IMG/VR virus record: IMGVR_UViG_3300031857_000105
Span: 1 to 64,000 of that record
DNA: 64,000 nt
Direction: 5' to 3' (one strand)
Source: a virus
This document shows, in pieces, positions 58,879 to 64,000 of this stretch. The notes under the pieces are model-generated. The model did not search any database, was not told the origin of the DNA, and saw only the letters and a list, made by a program, of their open reading frames with translations. A program made the translations under genes and the position numbers. Within the stretch, counting starts at the first letter, position 1; each line of letters opens with the position of its first letter.

Positions 58879-60474
58879 ATGGCAAAATCACTAGACGGCG
58901 TCTTAACTAAAAAGGCGCACACTAAAGAAAGGTTTACAGAAGAACAAGTTCAACACTTGTTGCAATGTGCTGACCCTGTAGAAGGGTACATGCATTTTGT
59001 TAAAAACTTTTTTCATATACAACACCCTACAAAGGGAAAAGTTAAATTTGAACCGTTTGACTACCAAGTAAGACTGCTACACAGTTATCACGATTATCGT
59101 TTTAACATTAACATGATGCCACGACAAAGTGGTAAGACAACTTGTGCGGCTGGTTATTTGCTATGGTATGCAATGTTTCATCCGGATCAAACTATTCTAG
59201 TTGCTGCACACAAATATACGGGCGCACAAGAAATTATGCAACGTATTCGTTATGGATATGAACTTTGCGCTGATTATATTAGAGCAGGTGTTGTAAACTA
59301 TAATAAAGGTTCAATGGAGTTTGAAAATGGATCAAGAATTGTATCAGCTACTACTACCGGCAACACTGGCCGCGGTATGTCAATTTCCCTACTATACTGT
59401 GACGAGTTTGCATTCGTTCAACCTAATATTGCAAGCGAGTTTTGGACTTCAATCAGCCCAACACTAGCAACAGGTGGTAAGGCAATTATCACTTCAACGC
59501 CTAACAGTGACGAAGACACGTTTGCTAACATATGGAAAGAAAGTAAAGATTCGTTTGATGAGTTTGGCAACGAACGACTAGACGGATTAGGCCGTAACGG
59601 ATTTCATGGATTTAGAGCAGAGTGGCATGAACATCCTGATCGCGATGATGAATGGCGTAAAAATGAAATGGGCCGTATTGGCGAAGAGCGTTTCCGCCGT
59701 GAGTATGGATGCGAGTTCTTGGTCTTTGATGAAACCCTGGTAAACAGTCTTAAACTTGCAGAAATGTCAGGACGAGAACCATTATTTAAAATGGGTCAAG
59801 TTCGTTGGTATAAAAAGCCAACTCCAGGCAACACATATCTAGTAGGATTAGACCCTAGTTTAGGCACCGGCGGCGATTTTGCAGGTATCCAAGTATTTGA
59901 ATTACCTAGTATGACGCAATGTGCAGAGTGGCAACATAACTTAACTATCGTACAAGATCAAGTCAAAATCTTCCGGGATGTAATCAGATACATTCAAGGC
60001 GAAATAGGTGAAGATTATCGTAACAGTATATATTGGAGTGTAGAAAATAACACACTAGGCGAAGCCGCATTAGTTGTTATTGCTAACTTAGGAGAAGAGA
60101 CATTTCCAGGATTATTCCTAAGCGAGCCTGTTAGAAAAGGGCATGTACGTAAATTCCGCAAGGGATTTAATACTACACACGGCAGTAAGATTTCCGCCTG
60201 TAGCCGACTAAAGTACTTTGTTGAAGAAGATAAAATGAAAATTCACAGCAAAACGCTTCTCAGCGAACTTAAAACATTTATTGCAGCAGGTGTTACATTT
60301 AAAGCAAAAGAAGGCCAGCACGATGACTTGGTTTCTGCATTATTGTTAATTATACGCATGACTGTAGTACTAGCAGAATGGGATCCGCTAGTTTTTGAAA
60401 AATTAACCTTAGAATCTTCAATGGACGATGATTGGGAAGCACCGCTACCTATATTCGTTTCCTCAAACCTTTGA
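58879..60474 (+). CDS. gp17: Terminase large subunit
   Basis: Walker A PRQSGKTT, Walker B LLYCDEFAF, STPN, FRREY.CEF, nuclease GLDP..G.GGD and HDDLV; TAAATA at 58868-58873. Confidence 0.97.
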   Translation: MAKSLDGVLTKKAHTKERFTEEQVQHLLQCADPVEGYMHFVKNFFHIQHPTKGKVKFEPFDYQVRLLHSYHDYRFNINMMPRQSGKTTCAAGYLLWYAMFHPDQTILVAAHKYTGAQEIMQRIRYGYELCADYIRAGVVNYNKGSMEFENGSRIVSATTTGNTGRGMSISLLYCDEFAFVQPNIASEFWTSISPTLATGGKAIITSTPNSDEDTFANIWKESKDSFDEFGNERLDGLGRNGFHGFRAEWHEHPDRDDEWRKNEMGRIGEERFRREYGCEFLVFDETLVNSLKLAEMSGREPLFKMGQVRWYKKPTPGNTYLVGLDPSLGTGGDFAGIQVFELPSMTQCAEWQHNLTIVQDQVKIFRDVIRYIQGEIGEDYRNSIYWSVENNTLGEAALVVIANLGEETFPGLFLSEPVRKGHVRKFRKGFNTTHGSKISACSRLKYFVEEDKMKIHSKTLLSELKTFIAAGVTFKAKEGQHDDLVSALLLIIRMTVVLAEWDPLVFEKLTLESSMDDDWEAPLPIFVSSNL

Positions 60475-60484
60475 TAAATATAAC

Positions 60485-62803
60485 ATGGACGCAAATTTAG
60501 ATAAAATCGCAAAAGATCTGTATGGTAAAATACAGACCCGTTTTCGCAACATTAAAATCGGTGATGAAAACGCAGAAGTATTGAGCAAAAAGGAAGACAT
60601 TCCCAGAGCTCGATTTTTTGAGTTCGAATACGAAGAAGGTGGTGCCCCACTAGGAACTATTGCCATTACACTAGACCCACAAGACGGTGTTGTAATGCAA
60701 GTTAGCGGAGATTTAACCGACGACGATAATGCTACTCATCACGGTGCTTATAAATTCATACGTGGTTTTAGACAGTTTGCAAAAGATAGATTACTCAACT
60801 TTGACGTACAAAATATTGGAAAAAGTAACTTGGATAAACGAGATTACGAGTACCAGGCCAAACGTAAGGAAATGCCAATTATGCCCGCAATTATGGAAAA
60901 TAAACTTTATGGTAGCAATAGAATTAGCTATCAGGATCTAGGCGAAGCTCGCTTAGTTATTAAACATAGCCAACCAATTAACTTAGATTTACCAGCTGGG
61001 CGTACAATGCACATTGAAAGCATTTACATTGAAAACACCGCTGGTGAAAGATTCAAGTATCCATATAAACATCTTAACGGTGCTCGTGCATTAGCAGAAC
61101 ATATCAAACACGGCGGCAATCCTTATGACAATATTGGACAACACATTTGCAGTTTAAGTGAGGAATTAGCCCATTTACGTAAATTCAAAGGATATGTTAG
61201 CCGTCAAGAACAATTAAGCGAAGCAATGGCTAATGTTACTGGTCGCGTAATGGAACGCATTGAAACTATCAAAGAAACTATTAACAAATTACAACGTACT
61301 GCCTACTATGAGTCATTTGTTGAAAATTTTGAAGACCAGGAAGAACAAATGATTCCTGAAGAAGTGCAAAATGATTTGATTGATCGTTTGACTATTCGCA
61401 CATTTAATGAAGAATTAAAATCAGTATTTCCTTACATTTATAAATTTATTGACGAGTCAGAGATTGATGTTGTTGAGTTAAATGCAGACGATTTAATTGG
61501 CGAAGAACAACTATCTGAACGTGCTACACCCGAATGGCTAGCCACTGTATCTAAAGCTAAAGAGCTATTGTCACAAGGTATGACCGTTGATCAAGTAGGA
61601 AAACAATTAGGAGCTCAGGGTCCTAACAATGGAATGGCCGGAACAATGGGCGGCACGTGGGGTGCAATTAATCGCGCTCAACAAGAATTAAAGCCATCAA
61701 AACCATCATTTGAATCAGTAGAAGATCAATTTGAAAGTTTCTTGGATGACATCGTTCGTGAAGATAAAAACGAAGTTATTAGTTCTAACAACGATGCACA
61801 AGCTGCAGCTATTGAAAAATTAAATACAATTTTAGCACAAAATATGCAAGTTGGTCCTAACGGCGACAATGCTATTATGACTCTCAAAGGGTTAATTGAC
61901 GAGCCTAGTTTTGTTGATGCAGTTAAAGCTGTGCCAGCAGAAACAGACTTAAATGATTTAATTAAAGGCTGGGTTGAAACAGAACACGAAGATCTGTTAG
62001 GTCGTTTGGAGTTTCCAAGCGATGAAGCAGCTCAAGAACCAGCACCAGCCGAACCTGCTCCAGCCGAAGCTCCTCCTGCTGAACCAGCACCTGCTCAAGC
62101 AGCTGCCGAACCAGCACCAGCTCCAACTGAGCCAGCACCAGCACCAGTAGCTGAAGCAAAAGACACTGTTGAGAAAGATGAAGATGGCAATGTCAAGAGT
62201 TGGAAACACGAAGGAGATTGGAAAAAATCAACTGAAAAGAAAGATCCACGCGGTAAGGTTACAAACGCTAGTGGCCAAGCTCTAAAGAAAACTATTGCTA
62301 TGGCTAAGAAAGCAGGCGCAACGTTAGAAACACAGATGGATTTTGGCGATAAGGTAATGACCATTGCCGAAGTATTAGAATCATGTGGTATGACTCCGCA
62401 AGATGTAGGATACGAAGAACCTGAACAAGAAGATGGTTTACAGGGAATGTTGAAATATATTAGCGGCTTTTATAACAAAGATGAAGGCAACTTTCCACTA
62501 GGCGGTATGCGTGTTAAGATCAAAGTTAAGAAAGCATTTGAAGACGGCGAGTTTGGCGGCGCAGGTGAAGAAGATTTATTAAAAGTAATCAAGTTTATTG
62601 ACGCTAAAGATCCAAGTGGTAATGAACATAATCAAATTTCTCGACTAGCAGGAATACAAAAACCAGAAGTTCCGCATCAAGCAAAACAAGGTTTTGACAT
62701 TAGTGCCTTAGAAACACAACTCCAAAGCATTAGTGAAAGTCCTACAGTCAGTTACAGCGAAGATCAAAGTTTAGCAAGAATTGTTAGTCTATCTCGAGGA
62801 TAA
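60485..62803 (+). CDS. Large acidic hypothetical protein (possible head/core component) with EPAPA repeats
   Basis: True start probably ATG 60485 after TAAATA (60475-60480); GERFKYP..HL.GARA; C-terminal ISRLAGI like gp22. Confidence 0.65.
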   Translation: MDANLDKIAKDLYGKIQTRFRNIKIGDENAEVLSKKEDIPRARFFEFEYEEGGAPLGTIAITLDPQDGVVMQVSGDLTDDDNATHHGAYKFIRGFRQFAKDRLLNFDVQNIGKSNLDKRDYEYQAKRKEMPIMPAIMENKLYGSNRISYQDLGEARLVIKHSQPINLDLPAGRTMHIESIYIENTAGERFKYPYKHLNGARALAEHIKHGGNPYDNIGQHICSLSEELAHLRKFKGYVSRQEQLSEAMANVTGRVMERIETIKETINKLQRTAYYESFVENFEDQEEQMIPEEVQNDLIDRLTIRTFNEELKSVFPYIYKFIDESEIDVVELNADDLIGEEQLSERATPEWLATVSKAKELLSQGMTVDQVGKQLGAQGPNNGMAGTMGGTWGAINRAQQELKPSKPSFESVEDQFESFLDDIVREDKNEVISSNNDAQAAAIEKLNTILAQNMQVGPNGDNAIMTLKGLIDEPSFVDAVKAVPAETDLNDLIKGWVETEHEDLLGRLEFPSDEAAQEPAPAEPAPAEAPPAEPAPAQAAAEPAPAPTEPAPAPVAEAKDTVEKDEDGNVKSWKHEGDWKKSTEKKDPRGKVTNASGQALKKTIAMAKKAGATLETQMDFGDKVMTIAEVLESCGMTPQDVGYEEPEQEDGLQGMLKYISGFYNKDEGNFPLGGMRVKIKVKKAFEDGEFGGAGEEDLLKVIKFIDAKDPSGNEHNQISRLAGIQKPEVPHQAKQGFDISALETQLQSISESPTVSYSEDQSLARIVSLSRG
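62035..62150 (+). repeat. Low-complexity (E)PAPA coding repeat
   Basis: EPAPAEPAPAEAPPAEPAPAQAAAEPAPAPTEPAPAPV. Confidence 0.85.
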
Positions 62804-63615
62804 TGGATTTACTAACAGTAACTTGTCATCAAGACAAGATACAAATGCTGTTACAAGCAGAAAGTGTACAAAAATTTCTAAAACCATGCAAACACTGGGT
62901 TATTATAAACGACCCTAGTGTTTGCTTAGAACAATGGCACGAGTTGCTAAGTCCTTACTATGAAAACCACCAACTAATTTTAGTAGATTCTTCTACTATC
63001 AAATCAGATTTTAAATCTGAAAAAGGCGGCTGGAGTCGTCAGCAATATTTTAAATTTGCAGCTTACAATCTAATTAATGATGACTATTTAATTTTAGATT
63101 CAAAAAACTTTTTTATCAAACCCACTGATATAAATGAATGGAATACTGTTATTGGAAATGGCACCATAGCTAATTTTAAATCAAATGCCAGCTGGGAAGA
63201 AACAATAGTAGCGTATTCGAAACATCTAAACATTCCTGTTAATTTTAATCAGCTATCGATAGTAACCCCATTTGTATTTCAAAAGAAAATTCTAGATTTA
63301 ATCGAAAACTACCAAGAATTTCTTAATTGGTTTGTATCTCAAAATGTTATAGAAAGTGAATTTTTTTATTATTCAATGCTGTTACACAAACAAGATATAT
63401 TTCCACAAAGTTCACAACAGCCCAAATTTCACTTGTTAACGCAAACTTACGGATTTGAAATATTTGATCTATGCAAGTTATTCTTTGATAAAGACAACAT
63501 CAAAGTAGCAGGAATCCATCGTTCAATGTTGAACAAATTTAATAACGAAGAACAACAATCGTTCGATAAATGGTTGGCGTCAAAAGGATTACAATTAAGA
63601 CATTTGGCAAAATAA
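62803..63615 (+). CDS. Putative glycosyltransferase-like protein (DUF6492-like)
   Basis: GW..QQ..K.......DYLILDSKNFFIKP, TPFVF, SEF..Y motifs of a GT-A-like phage family. Confidence 0.55.
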   Translation: MDLLTVTCHQDKIQMLLQAESVQKFLKPCKHWVIINDPSVCLEQWHELLSPYYENHQLILVDSSTIKSDFKSEKGGWSRQQYFKFAAYNLINDDYLILDSKNFFIKPTDINEWNTVIGNGTIANFKSNASWEETIVAYSKHLNIPVNFNQLSIVTPFVFQKKILDLIENYQEFLNWFVSQNVIESEFFYYSMLLHKQDIFPQSSQQPKFHLLTQTYGFEIFDLCKLFFDKDNIKVAGIHRSMLNKFNNEEQQSFDKWLASKGLQLRHLAK

Positions 63616-63640
63616 TACCACATTTCAGGCAAGATTTCTC

Positions 63641-63669
63641 TTGCTTTACTAAATAAAAGCGTATACAAT
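63641..63669 (+). promoter_or_regulatory. Sigma70-type promoter with nested late promoter upstream of gp32
   Basis: TTGCTT-17 bp-TACAAT; TAAATA at 63650-63655 lies in the spacer. Confidence 0.65.
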
Positions 63670-63759
63670 AACATGTATGCGCTTTTTGTTTTAAGGTAGA
63701 TCCGTAAAGCAAAACAAGGCAAATGAAGTAAACAAAGGCTTATATAAAGGAGAAATATT

Positions 63760-64000
63760 ATGGCAACTTTGGCTGAAATTAGAGCAAAACTTAAGGCATC
63801 TGAATCAAAAGGTTCAGACAATCAACGTTCAGGTGGTGATAAATCAATTTACCCATTCTGGAATCTTAAAGAAGGCGGCGAATCCGTATTGCGATTCCTC
63901 CCTGATGGTAATCAAGACAACACTTTTTTCTGGGTAGAGCGAGCAATGATTAAATTGCCATTCGCCGGAATCAAAGGTGAATCAGAAAGCAAACCAGTAC
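63760..64000 (+). CDS. gp32: Single-stranded DNA-binding protein (5' part, truncated by window end; not in ORF track)
   Basis: MATLAEIRAKLK...DKSIYPFWNLKEG..SVLRFLPDG...FFWVER; SD AAGGAG. Confidence 0.85.
   Translation, partial: MATLAEIRAKLKASESKGSDNQRSGGDKSIYPFWNLKEGGESVLRFLPDGNQDNTFFWVERAMIKLPFAGIKGESESKPV

Noticed and set aside
58879-60474. Intein or intron in terminase
   Set aside because: 531-aa continuous ORF with ATPase and nuclease motifs at normal spacing
63639-63648. MotA-box (TTGCTTTA) middle promoter
   Set aside because: Spacing to a TAnnnT -10 fits a sigma70 -35/17/-10 arrangement better, and no MotA gene is visible in the window
244-63821. Many minus-strand and alternate-frame ORFs in the track (e.g. 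244-936, 32295-32873, 35066-35728, 49889-50419, 57663-58427, 63447-63821)
   Set aside because: Shadow ORFs overlapping well-supported genes; low-complexity translations, no recognisable motifs
1-64000. CRISPR array, tRNA, rRNA or IS/transposase
   Set aside because: No regularly spaced repeats, cloverleaf or transposase motifs seen by eye; the TnsA-like fold at 56328 is gp4
1-64000. Stop-codon reassignment
   Set aside because: Core genes are full length under the standard code, with ORFs up to 10 kb and no fragmentation

Overview
This 64 kb window is the virion-morphogenesis (late) region of a large T4-like myophage, in the standard genetic code. In order it carries: head genes (acidic core protein, gp21, gp22, gp23); about 33 kb of fibre/appendage genes, including two paralogous pairs (1047/1347 aa and 3100/3424 aa), an S74-chaperone fibre and a Gly-rich protein; an AT-richer accessory island of about 8 kb with ten diverse 2OG-Fe(II) dioxygenases and a pair of inverted paralogous unknown genes; an inverted Nudix-gp15-gp14 block divergent from gp13; dNMP kinase and an HNH-like gene; gp18, gp19, a tube-like protein, gp4, a probable gp16, putative internal head proteins and gp17; a putative glycosyltransferase; and the 5' end of gp32. 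The most notable observations are: (1) the oxygenase array sits directly behind a TAAATA late-type promoter next to the fibre genes, suggesting a late-expressed virion-tailoring (hydroxylation) system; (2) two structured, mutually similar 5' leader RNAs precede structural genes; (3) many late promoters lie only 4-7 nt from an SD-less ATG, implying leaderless mRNAs; (4) the fibres are modular, with cap-protein partners, LamG insertions and phycobiliprotein-like RD/YDL helical repeats. All calls come from reading motifs by eye; no database searches were run.
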